Shown here: positions 1 to 10,853 of the stretch, one piece after another | Position numbering within the stretch: position 1 is the stretch's first letter | How the letters are laid out: the number at the start of each line of letters is the position of its first letter | Origin: Vicugna vicugna | Taxonomy: Eukaryota | Assembly (NCBI GenBank): GCA_013265495.1 | Contig: MU058252.1 | Span: 1,522,728 to 1,586,243 of the forward strand | Direction of reading: 5' to 3' | Length of the DNA: 63,516 nt | Program-made: the position numbers and the translations under genes | The notes under the pieces: generated by a model | The model's input: the letters and a program-made list of their open reading frames with translations, nothing else | The model's database searches: none | What the model was told of the DNA's origin: nothing

Positions 1-35
<35 letters not shown>

Positions 36-66
36 GAAGGAAGGAAGGAAGGAAGGAAGGAAGGAA

Positions 67-131
<65 letters not shown>
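1..131 (+). repeat. Compound (GAAA)n(GGAA)n(GAAA)n microsatellite, cut by the window start
   Basis: Directly visible pure-purine tetranucleotide array. Confidence 0.98.
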
Positions 132-1030
132 TCCTCACATCGATGGAGGTGTGCCAAAGGTACACCAGAGCCAACTAAAAGCACTCCCAATGGCCAAAAC
201 GAACAATTTGAATAATAACATAAATAAGGAGTACTGGATTATAACCCCAAGTATAAAATAAATATCCATGATCCCATAGTGATATAAGATGATTGCATTA
301 ATTAATTATTGGGGAAGAAGAAACAAATCTCCTTTGCAGAAGGGTTCCAAATAACGCACACAGCTACTTGGTTCTCAAGGTGGAGCGAGAATCCCTAGTC
401 CTTAAGAGTGGGCTGTGCACAGCGACTTCCTCCGGAAAGGTGGGCAGAGAAGGGGAAAAGGAACTAACTTTGCAGCGGAGAAACCTGACAAACTCCCCCT
501 CAGCCAGATGACCGAGGTCAACACCTGTCCTCCGTGGTAAGTCATGTTGACAGTGCGTTCCTTGTACGATGTAATGACAAAGACACTAACCCGTGTCCTC
601 TTCCTCCTGAAACCCACGACCTCAGTCTAACCGTGAGAAAATAATCAGGCAAGTTTCCATACAGGGGATTTCTACAAAATATGTGACCAGCACTCCTCAG
701 AACCTTCAAGGTCACCCAAAATAGGGAAGTCGGTAAACTGTTAAGCTGAGAGACGCCACAGGAAGGATGACAACTGAATTCAGCCTTGTTTCCTGGGTGG
801 ATCCTGGAACAGAAAAAGGGCATTTGGGAAAACCTAATGGGAATCCAAATAAAGTGTAGATTTTAGCTAATAATAATATATTAATATTGATTTATTAAAT
901 ATAACAAATACACCGTACCAATGTTAGATGTTAATAATTGGTGAAAATGAGTGTCAAGGTGTGTGGGAAGTCTTTGTACTATCCTCTCAGTTTCTCTGTA
1001 AATGTAAAATTACTTTAAAAAATAAAGCCT
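132..1030 (+). mobile_element. Old LINE-1 3' UTR fragment (L1MC/L1MD-like)
   Basis: Ends in the L1M-type terminus gtactatcctctcagtttctctgtaaatgtaaaattactttaaaaaataaag. Confidence 0.7.
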
Positions 1031-1086
1031 ACTTAAACATGTATGTAGACAAAGGTAAGTTCATGGATGAGAGGATGCTGTTTGAA

Positions 1087-1219
1087 GGGGGAGGGTTTAG
1101 CTCAGTGGTAGAGTGTGTGCTTAGCATGCACAAGGTCCTGGGTTCTTCCCCAGCCCCTCCATAAAAAATAAATAAATAAACAAACAAACCTAACTGCCTC
1201 CCCGCTCTAAACATAAAAA
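1087..1219 (+). mobile_element. tRNA-Ala-derived SINE (Vic-1-like)
   Basis: Head GGGGAGGGTTTAGCTCAGTGGTAGAG...CTTAGCATGCAC...GGTTC, A-rich body with the aacctaactgcctcccc motif, diverged TSD gatgctgtttgaag/gatgctacttcaag. Confidence 0.9.
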
Positions 1220-2074
1220 GATGCTACTTCAAGTGGTGATTTAGCATTTTTATCACCTTTCGAATTAAAACAAAAAATCACAATATGCTTACTAGTTCTA
1301 TTAGAAAATCCCCAAAGACTAAAATATGCCATATGAATTATAGCTTCCTCATAATTTATACAGTTATTTTTAACTACTGGTGGCAAAGGAGGATCTTTGC
1401 CTCACTTAGATAAAGTATACCTGAGTTGGGAAGCTCGTTTTTTACCGACTTAAGGCTCAAAGTTATTTTGCTCCTGCTGGTCTCCTTAAACCTCCTGTCA
1501 AGCTGAAATATATAACTTTTTTTTTTCATTTTTGATCTTAGCATTTGTAAGGGATAAATAATTGATTAGCAGAGGAATTCTGGGAATATATTCAGCTTAT
1601 GCTCAGCACTAAACTGTTTTTAAATGTCCTCAGGCATCAACCCAAAATGTACATCAAAAAGATGTCAATTGGAATTGGGAAGAGAAGTGACATTATGGAT
1701 TAGAATTATGAAATGTGAAATGCAACAAGAGGAATACCAGTTGTCAGTTTCACTGCTAGTTAAACAGTCAGCATACCTTGCTATTTAAAACAAAAATTCC
1801 TTAAGTATCTCTCTGGTAAGACTCTTTGAGGGCAGAATCTTCTCTTGTAATATCAGCAAAATCTGATTGAGAGCAGAAACTTCAAAACGAATTGAAGAAA
1901 AGGTATGATCTTTTTAATTTTAATTTTATTATAACAATGAGATCTAATGTCTTAACAAAATTTTAAGCATACAATGCAAGATTATTAACTTTAGGGACAA
2001 CGTCGTACAGCAAAGCTCTAGAATTTATCCATCTTGCAAACTGACACTTATGCCCATTAATTAAGAACTCCCCA

Positions 2075-2246
2075 GGGAGGACAGTATAGCTCAAATGGTA
2101 GAGCACATACTTAGCATGCATGCACGAGGTCCGAGGTTCAATCCCAAGTACCTCTATTAAAAAAAAACAAAACTAATAATAAATAAATAGACCTAATGAC
2201 CTCCCCACACAAAAAATATACAACAATTTTTAAAAAATTTTAAAAT
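2075..2246 (+). mobile_element. Vic-1-like SINE inserted in L1
   Basis: tRNA-Ala-like head and A-rich tail; TSD agaactcccca at 2064-2074 and 2247-2257. Confidence 0.92.
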
Positions 2247-2452
2247 AGAACTCCCCACTTATCCCTTCCCACAGCCTCTGGCTGAATATATTCCATTATA
2301 TTTATATACACAATTTTCTTTATACATTCATCAATGAACATTTAGGTTGTTTCCTCATCTTGGCTTTTGTGACTAACGCTGCAATGCGAATTCTGAATTC
2401 CTGGGCTGATCAATTACTGGAGTGCTGATATCTTTTCAAGATCCTGATTTCA

Positions 2453-2856
2453 CAAAAATAAATTCAAAATGGCTTAAAGACTTAAATAAGACAGGACACC
2501 ATAAATCTCCTAAAAGAGAATACAGGCTAAACATTCTCTGACATAAATCACGGCAATGTTTTCCTAGTCAGTCTATCAAGGCAATAGAAATAAAAGAAAA
2601 AATAAACAAATGAGACCTAATTAAACTTACAAGCCTTTACACAGCAAGGGAAACTGAAAACAAAATGAGAAGACAAGATACAGACTGGGAGAAAATATTT
2701 GTACACAATGTGACTGACAAGGGCTTAACTTTCAGGATAAACAGCTCATACAACTCATGACAAAAACACAAACAACACAATCACAAAGGTTTAGGCAGAA
2801 GACCTAAACAGACATTTCTCCAGTGAAGACATCCAGATGGCCAACAGGCACATGAA
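2453..2856 (+). mobile_element. Internal L1 ORF2 fragment with a 15-bp TSD and no poly(A)
   Basis: L1 ORF2 3'-region sequence flanked by aagatcctgatttca at 2438-2452 and 2857-2871. Confidence 0.9.
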
Positions 2857-4647
2857 AAGATCCTGATTTCAATTCTTTTGGATAAATACCCAGAAGCAAA
2901 ATTGCTGGGTCAGATGGCAGTTCTATTTTTAATTTTTTTGTGTGGCATCTCCACACTGTTTTCCACAGTGAATGAACTATTTTGTATTCCCACCAACAGT
3001 GTATGAGCGTTCCCTTTCTCCACATCCTCACCAACACTTCCCTTTCTTTTGATAATGGCCATCCTAACGGGTGTAAGGTAATATCTCATCTTGGTTTTGA
3101 TTTGCATTTTCCTGATGAATAGTGATGCTGAGCATCTTTTAATACATTTTTTGCCATTTGTACGTCTTCTTTGGAAAGATGTCTACTCAAGTCTTCAGCT
3201 CATGTTTTAAAGGCTTTGTGACAGTGGTCTTGGCAATGATTTCTTGGCTATGACACCAAAAGCACAGGCAACAGAGCAAACCCAGACAAGTGGGATCGCA
3301 TCAAACTAAAACCCTTCACAGCAAAGGAAACAATCAACACAATGACAAGTCAGCCTATAGGATGGGGGAAAATACTTGCAAACCATGTATCAGATGAGGG
3401 GTAAATTTCCAAAATATGTAAAGAGTTCCTACAACTCAACAGCAAAAACAACCAACCACCCCCAAACTAATAACCTAATTAGAAAAGGGTAATTTTCAAC
3501 ACTTAAGTTTCTGTACATTTATGAAAGAGTAATCTCTGAAAACTTTTCATTCATAAAAGTACTTATCTGTTGCTAAAGGCCCCAGGGTCAACATCACAGG
3601 TATGTTGAGCCTCCATTCACAAGTGCTCATGAAGTAACTCAGTACCATTTATTCTCCCTACCCACCCTCACTCTCCAAGCGCTTTCTGGACTTCGTCAGG
3701 GTTGGGTTATATCTTTCTGCCTGTCTTTCTTCTGAGGGATCTCACCCTGGCCTTTGCGACAGTGCCCATTTTGAGCAAGCCACTCCACCGGGTCCTGCTG
3801 TCCTGCAGGTGGCCACATTGAGTCCTGAGAGGGCCAGATGGGTAGAACATAGAAGGCAGGCCTCCCACCCACTTTGTGATTCGGTCTGTCAACTGGCCTT
3901 CAGAGCCACACAGCTCTCAGGCAGAGTTTTACCAGCCAGAGCCTTTTGGGACCCTGTATCTTCCCCTGTGGGGCCTGACGCTGCAGTCAGTGGTGACCAG
4001 GGCATGTGCTCAGCCACCCTCACTCTTCACCCTCACCTGACCCATCCTCCCCAGGCATCCATGCACCCTACCCTTTGTCTCCCCCTGCCCCAACACCAGG
4101 GCCTCTGTTCATACAAATTCATGCCAGTAGAGCGCCCGGAGGAATTCTAATGGCCGTCCCCTGTACTCTGAGTTCCAGTTTGAGCTTAGCCAGGACCCCT
4201 GACGCACTCCTAGAGCAAAGTCTTACCTCCTAATTTTGCTCCAGGAAGGGAGACTGTAGGAGCTCCCATCACTGACCTGTGCTCACTGGTGTCTCAGCAG
4301 GCACTTCGCCCGCCACACGCAGGATTTCACTGAAGGCACAGGGGGCCTGGCAAGAGGGGAGTCCCCCTCACAAGGCCGTCACAGTGTCTGCTCAGCTTCT
4401 CAATCTTTCTGCAGCTTTGTCAGGAGTCAGGAGACACCTGGGGCGGAGAGTGGGCTGGCAGCTGGACACTCCTCCCCGAGCTCACCTCTGGTCTAGAGCT
4501 CAGCCCCGCAAGTCTGGTCTGGGCAGCCAGTTCCCCTGATGCCTTTATGCAGAGTATTCCTACACGTTGGGCAGCTTTTCTAAATGTTCTCAGTCTACCG
4601 TTCTCAAAGATACCCAATTCAATCCTTAGTAAAACCTTATTCTTTCA

Positions 4648-4801
4648 GGGGGAGGGTATAGCTTAAGTGGTAGAGCACATGCTTAGCATGCGTGAGGTCC
4701 TGGGTTCAATCCCCAGTATCTTCTCTAAAACTAAATCAACTTAGTTACCCCCCGCCACTGCCAAAATAAAATAATACAATAATACATAAAATATAAAAAT
4801 G
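4648..4801 (+). mobile_element. Vic-1-like SINE
   Basis: GGGGGAGGGTATAGCTTAAGTGGTAGAG...GGTTCAATCCCCAG head; flanking tattctttcag/tattcttttcag. Confidence 0.92.
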
Positions 4802-6008
4802 TATTCTTTTCAGATAACCTAATAGTAAAAAACAAAAAAACCTTTTAAAAAAACACCATTTTCATTGGTGAAGATGCTGTTAAAAGCGCTTTTGAAATAA
4901 CTAGGAAGCGAGGCAGGTGGCCAGATGAGAGCAAGGAGAAGATCCGGCTAATTCACCGTGTAGTTAGCCTGAACAATAGGGATTAAAGACAAACATTCCC
5001 CAAATGGGACGGAACAGACATTCTCCTTTTTCAAGGGCAATCGCATTTTCAGCATTTATACATTATGCCTTCCCTGAAGCAAAGTTCTCTTTATGCAAAA
5101 TGTAAAGTAACCAGGTGTTTCACCAAGCAGGACAGCACCTGTCTCTCACTCCCTCCCTGGCCCAGGGTTGTGCACACCGCATGGCGCATGGCGCACCGGG
5201 GGTGTAGGCAACACCAGGTGGAATGGGCAAGCGAGACGGGTAACCTCATCAGAAAGATTATGGCCAAGTCAGGGATCAGCGCTAAAGGCATCCGTCAAAC
5301 CTGGCCAGGGCAAGTCCTTCAGAGTGGACAGGAGCTGAGGACCCGAGATGGCCTTGGCGTGGGCAGGCCAAGGTGCCTGGGGGAGGCCAGCTGACCTGGG
5401 AGGGGCCATGGAAGCCACGAGGATCCGGTGAGACACTGTAACTGGGGCAGTCTGCTTTAATTTCCTCGTTGTCCAGAGCCAGCCTCGCTCTCCCTGGGAC
5501 CAGCCCAGAGGAATGCAAAGGAAGAGCATTTCACACCGGTTTCTGCGGGCAGAGAGGGAAGCGGAAGTTTATACCTCTCCTGACAGAGGCAATTGCAGCC
5601 TCCCGAGGCCACGCCCGGGAGGTGCTTCCCCAGAGCTGATCCTGTTTCTCTCCTGGGTTGACAACCAGCCAGGACAGGGATAATGATCGCTGATCATATC
5701 TGCCACTGTGCTGATCTGAAACTGAAAGAGGGATTAAATATTCAGGCAGAAAAGCATAAGGGAAAAATCAAGACGGGCTTGCAGGCTTCTATCTGCCCCT
5801 GATAACCACGGCTGAGTCTGGGCTGCTGTGCATCTGAGAAGCTAACGCCCCTTCTCTCCCGGAACCTGGGAGGAAGTGGGGTGGAGAGAGACCTCCCCAC
5901 TCTCCCTGGCACCTCTGTCTCATCTGCCTCTGCCCGAGGCCGTCTGCTTGTCCTGTCCTGAAGTGGGCCTTACCTAGAGCAGAGACTCCTTTCAAAGCAT
6001 TCTCCTCA

Positions 6009-6275
6009 GTGGCCTCAGTGGTAGAGTGCACGCCCAGAAGGCACATGGTCCTGGGTTCAATCTCCAGTACCTCCATTAAAATGAATAATCATGATGGAAA
6101 TGCTAGCTATCTTGATTGTGATGGTGGTTTCATGGGTGTCTACACCTACCAAAATTCATCAAAATGTGTATCTGAAATATGTATAGTTTACTGTACAGAA
6201 ATCATATCACAATAAAGGTGTTAAATAAATAAATAAAGAAAAAACTGATTAAATAAAACCCACCTCAAAAAATAA
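6009..6275 (+). mobile_element. Degenerate Vic-1-like head joined to an old L1M 3'-end fragment (~6089-6225) and an A-rich tail
   Basis: ctcagtggtagag...gggttcaatctccagtacctccattaaa followed by tatcttgattgtgatggtggtttcatgggtg...aataaag. Confidence 0.7.
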
Positions 6276-6368
6276 CATACAGCATCCTTACCAACTGGTT
6301 GACAAGGCTGACCATCAATGTCAGAAAATGCTAGGGGATTCCTTTAATTTTCCTTTTACTCTCTCTCT

Positions 6369-6559
6369 CTTTTTTTTTTTTTAGTGAAGATTTATTTTTT
6401 TTTTGGTGTGTTTTAAAATTGTATTATTTAACTATTTTATTTTGGCGAGGGGTGGGGTAGGTACTAGGTTTATTTACTTTTAGAGGAGGGACTGGGGATT
6501 GAACCCAGGACCTCGTGCATGCTAAGCACACACTCTACCACTGAGCTATATTCTCCCCC
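6369..6559 (-). mobile_element. Vic-1-like SINE
   Basis: Antisense head ggggattgaacccaggacctcgtgcatgctaagcacacactctaccactgagctata, preceded by a T-rich tail. Confidence 0.92.
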
Positions 6560-7619
6560 TTGAGTTCCATTCTGAGCATTCTAATTGACCAAAAGTTGCA
6601 CTTAAAATTGAACTGGAATTTCTGTGGATTTCAAATGGTTAAGTCTTTGTTTTGGCTTCTCGAACTTTACAGAATGGGTCGAGCTCTTCCATGCCAGGAG
6701 GGTACTGCAAGAATTTCAACACGGCGATCTTCTCTAACCTGTCTTCTCCAACCTTCTGTCTTTCCCATCACCCATCCCTGTATCACATGAGTCATTTCCA
6801 GCCCAAATACTATGAGTTTCTTTATTCCTCATGTGGCATTGTAGAATTTTAAAAATTATACATAAAAAATTATGCATATTTTTCGCCAAAGAAAAACAGA
6901 GTAGTAAGCTTGCTTTAAGTTAAGTAAAATGACTTAGTCACTTTTGTGAAAGGTTTGTTTGTTTTTGCTGTTAGAACTTTATTACGGTGTTACATGGCAT
7001 AGATGATACTGTCACAGCCTGAGGTTACAGATGGTTACCTTCCCAAGACTTCATGTATCTCGATTATTTGTTTCACTTGCATAAACAAGATAGTCAGATA
7101 CTCATGTGATTTTTTTTTGCAGCTGCAAAAGTAAACTTCAAAAATGAAGAAAACTTTAAAAAAAAAAGTGGAATGTATCTCCTAAAGTGGAAAAAAACTT
7201 TAAGTCCGTTTTATTATAGGGCATTTCTCCAGAAACAATCAAATTTACTTCTTGAAATGAAAATAAATGGGTTCAGCTGAAAGACAACTGAAATCCCCAG
7301 CTGTATAAAATCTCTAGTCACTGGAAATCGCTTAATGGTAGGAATGAATGCAGCTCTCTTGTTCAGAGTTATGAAAATGGAGCTGTGACAGCCTCTATAT
7401 TTATGAACGAATTTGTGCTCTGACATGAAGATCAACACACGAGATGGCAGGAGATATTTTAGGACTTTCCCAAATTCTTATAATGTATGGGCAAGAAAGA
7501 AAAATACTGGATCTGAGTCAGAAGACTTCATTTGTGTCCCAGATTTACCTCTTGCTAGTTTTTGATCTGTCTGAGCGGCAGTTTCCTCACAACACCATTC
7601 TCTTCTTCATCTCATCAAT

Positions 7620-7800
7620 AACTAGTATTTATTGAGCATTTACTATATGCCAATCACCGTGCTAAGAGCCATGGAATCTACACATCAACCTCATGAATCT
7701 CATATTCTTGTTAACCTGCGTTACAGGTAAGTGATAAGCTCAGAGAGGTTAACTAGCTTGCCCCAGGTCACACAGCCCAAAGTGAGGGAGTGGGAATTTC
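7620..7800 (-). mobile_element. MIR SINE
   Basis: tatttattgagcatttactatatgcca...gctcagagaggttaactagcttgccccaggtcacacagc is the antisense MIR core. Confidence 0.8.
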
Positions 7801-7944
7801 CGTGCAAACAACCTGAGCCTCCCCTCCCCCAACTCAGGTGTATTTGGGGGACAATTTTTTTAAGTGCTTCCTTGCTCGTATTTCCTTCATTCAATTTTAC
7901 AGATGTCCCTCCAAGACACTTCTCAAAAATAGTTCTTTTATAGA

Positions 7945-8062
7945 ATATGAATAGAATGTATAGAATATACATACTAATGTATGTATGTATATGCATGACT
8001 GGGACATTGTGCTGTACACCAGAAATCGACACATTGTAAGTGATGGTACTTCAATGAAAAAA
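7945..8062 (+). mobile_element. Short lineage-specific L1 3' tip
   Basis: tgctgtacaccagaaatcgacacattgtaa...aaaaaaa resembles the 3' end of the L1 at 25.6-26.4 kb. Confidence 0.75.
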
Positions 8063-9060
8063 AGTTATTTGTTATTTTCTAAACATCTTAAGTGGCTCTT
8101 AACTTGCACATGCTAAATTCCACATTTTCTAATCTGGCATTTCAATGCCTTTTACAATAAGCCCCAACTCATCTCTCTAGGTGTTCTCATGGATAGCTAC
8201 CTACCCCCTGCCCTTTGAACCGAGTTATGCTTTTTCTGCTGTTCTATTTCCTCTGACTGAAAGGCCTTTCTCAAGGGCCACCCTTCTGCGGAGCTAGATT
8301 ATTTTTGTCTGGAGGGATCCCTCCCTACCCCACCTGGGCAGGGACTGTGTAATTCATATTGTTTCCTTAAATACAGTATCACATACAGTTAGTTGTGTCC
8401 CTGAAGCATCTCCTTTAACACCCTAGAAGATGGCAGACGACAGTGTGTGCCTCCTTCTCCACCCACAGGAATGGGACTGCCGGCTTTTTCAGGAAGTGGG
8501 ATCAGGAGGGATTTGTGGTCCTGGTCAGGGTGGAATTGCTCTCAAGGCTGCTTTAAGCTCTGGTGAGTCTCCTTGGAAGCTAGACTATCACTAGCTTCTC
8601 TCAGTGTCACCTCTACTTTGTTTTGCCACCAGAGGAAAACTGCTAAGCCTTAGGCCACGAGAACCCCAAGGCTGGTCCCTGGTCCTTGATCTGCACGGCA
8701 TTCCAAGTTCACCTGCGGGGAGGAGCTGGGGGAACAAAACTGAGCTCTTCTTCAGTTCCAGGACAGTCCTTCACTAGAATCTGTTTCAGTCTGTCTTGAA
8801 ATCAGAATCGGACCCTGTGGTTTTAGGTCGAATGGTTTATGTCACACAAAGTTAACAACGGCACCTGGCTGTCAAAAGTACCTTTGCATTTATGTTTTTT
8901 GCAGTGCCCTTCATAAAGCTAATCAATTACACTGCTGTGAAGTAGCCAATTCAGTGTCCCTTCATCTCTTTACAATAAGGGTTCGAAGTCCTTATGTAAG
9001 TGAAACTGAGACAGGAAAAAAAATTCCTTGACATGTGGCCTCACACAGACAACTAGACAA

Positions 9061-9093
9061 CACTGCCTCCTAGTGTCTAATATAGGTATTGCA
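9061..9093 (-). promoter_or_regulatory. Candidate CTCF site, core plus upstream (U/M2) motif
   Basis: The minus strand reads TGCAATACC-TATAT-TAGACACTAGGAGGCAGTG, resembling TGCAGTACC-N5/6-TGGCCACCAGGGGGCGCTA. Confidence 0.6.
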
Positions 9094-9602
9094 CCACACT
9101 CGTGGACAGGAAGCCGTGGTGGGTTGGAGAGGGAAGTTTTAAGAGTAGGTTTAAATGCATACTTACTAGCCAGCAGAAACCATATGAATGGAAAAGTTTA
9201 ATCGTAAGATGGACAATGGATCCCAGTCAAGGAACTTTTGACTGTTCACAACCAAGATTCAAACAGGGCTAACAAATTCACATCCCTTCCTGAGCCTGGC
9301 AGGTAGACATGAGGTCACAGGTGGCAAAGGCATGCCCCTTTACAAAGGCATTCACTTTTCTCAATATTTAAAGTGTCCTGGGAGTGCCCCCAAACACTTC
9401 AGAGGGCCACATCAGCTTGTACTTAAAGGATTCTACACGGGGGAGAAGAGATTTTCTTTCTCTTACAGTCTCTTTTTTATTCTAAGAGGTTCCCAGAGCC
9501 AGTGAGCTGAGCTACAGAGTTTGCAAACACAGGTTCCTTGTTTTCCCAGTCCTCACGTCCTGCAGACACACGGTGCGGCGGGCGATACCGTGCTCTTATG
9601 AC

Positions 9603-9770
9603 CAGAGCCAGCTTCTGGGCGTGCGACTTGTGCAAACAGGGCTCCACACTTGAGATGGTCCCGAGCTTGGTTCAGCATGCTGACACTATCTTGAAATTCT
9701 TAATACTTCTTGACTCACAGCCCCACATTTCTACTTTGCTGGGGGCCCTGCAGATGATGCAGCTCGTCCT
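9603..9770. mobile_element. MER91-like hAT DNA transposon fossil
   Basis: gggcgtgcgacttgtgca...tcttgaaattcttaata...gggccctgca...gtcctg matches the MER91A consensus as recalled. Confidence 0.65.
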
Positions 9771-10429
9771 GCATTTAGTGGAACTTGCTACCTTCCTTCT
9801 CTCCCCATTTCCTGCTCATACTCAACGCTCGTGGCACCCTGCTAAGCCCTCAGCCTTGCCCGGAAAAAGAGAAGAGTCCGGGTGATGGTGGTCTGCACCC
9901 ATCTTGTGCTTCCCACGCCCAGCATCTGAGACGAGGAGTGTGTGTCTTCTTTTGAAATGCACATGCCATGGTCACCCCCCAACCTGGACCGTGAAGCCCA
10001 AGCACCATCACGGTTCGCTTTATCATCTCTTATGTCTTATGTCTGTCTAGCTACCGTGTTTATTCTTGCTCCCCAGCTGTTTCCTCAAATAGTCAGTAAC
10101 CCTGCTGGCAAACCCAGGCACCAGGTGAAAAAGCACCTGGGCTGAAGGCTTGTTGGCTCCGGCAACCATGCTGACGTATCTCCTTTTGATCACAAATTTC
10201 CTCGTACAACTTGTCATAGCCTCTCTCCCTGCCTGCATCTGGCAGGTTCCTGCTCTCCTGTATGACTGTCTGCTTACCTCCCTCCCTTCCAATCATCTTA
10301 TCTTCCTCCTACCTGTCCTCCTGTAAGATCACACACTGAGCACCACCTGTGCACCAGACACTATTAATAAGTTACACACAAGTACCCTTTCCTCTTCAAG
10401 GTCAGTAGTTTATTTCTTCATTAAAAAAA

Positions 10430-10545
10430 ATTTTTTTAGCAGGGAGGTAATTAGGTTATTTATGTATTTATTTAATGGAGGTACTAAGGATGGAACCCAG
10501 GACCTCGTGCATGCTATAGCTCTACCCCTGAGCCATACCTTCCCC
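10430..10545 (-). mobile_element. Vic-1-like SINE inserted in a MIR
   Basis: gggaggtaattagg...gaacccaggacctcgtgcatgcta; TSD atttcttcatt; MIR resumes as gaaaactgaagcttccagagaggttaggtaact. Confidence 0.88.
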
Positions 10546-10666
10546 TCATTTCTTCATTTTTCTATTTGAGAAAACTGAAGCTTCCAGAGAGGTTAGGTAA
10601 CTGGATAGAGTTGGAAACTGACCTCAGGTTCTTATGAACCCAAAGCCCGTACTTCTTCCTCGACAC

Positions 10667-10853
10667 CAGCAGTTTTCAAAGTGTGGTCCCCAGACCAGCA
10701 CCTGGGAACTGGTAAGAAAGGCAAATTCTAGGTCCCACACCCCAGCCCCTCCCTGAGACCTGTGGAATCTGAAACTAAGGGTAGGCCCAGCAATCTGTGT
10801 TTGAATAAACCCACAGGGGGATACTGGTGGAGGCTCAAGTATGAGAACCACTG
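10667..10853. mobile_element. MER5A hAT-Charlie MITE
   Basis: TIRs cagcagttttcaaa / atgagaaccactg; internal gtgtggtccccagaccagca and cccagcaatctgtgttt. Confidence 0.88.

Larger units (their letters stand above)
1915..3490 (-). mobile_element. L1MA-like LINE-1 3' part with an inverted 5' segment (~3215-3490); hosts a SINE and a younger L1 fragment
   Basis: Antisense 3' UTR and ORF2 C-terminus (ORF-track peptides MQIKTKMRYYLTPVRMAIIK and ELPSDPAILLLGIYPKE are L1 ORF2 C-terminal motifs). Orientation flips near 3210. Confidence 0.85.

Noticed and set aside
2804..3107. ORFs with L1 ORF2-like peptides (also 25626-25868, 30071-30373, 55933-56346)
   Set aside because: They are frameshifted fragments of dead L1 copies, not host genes.
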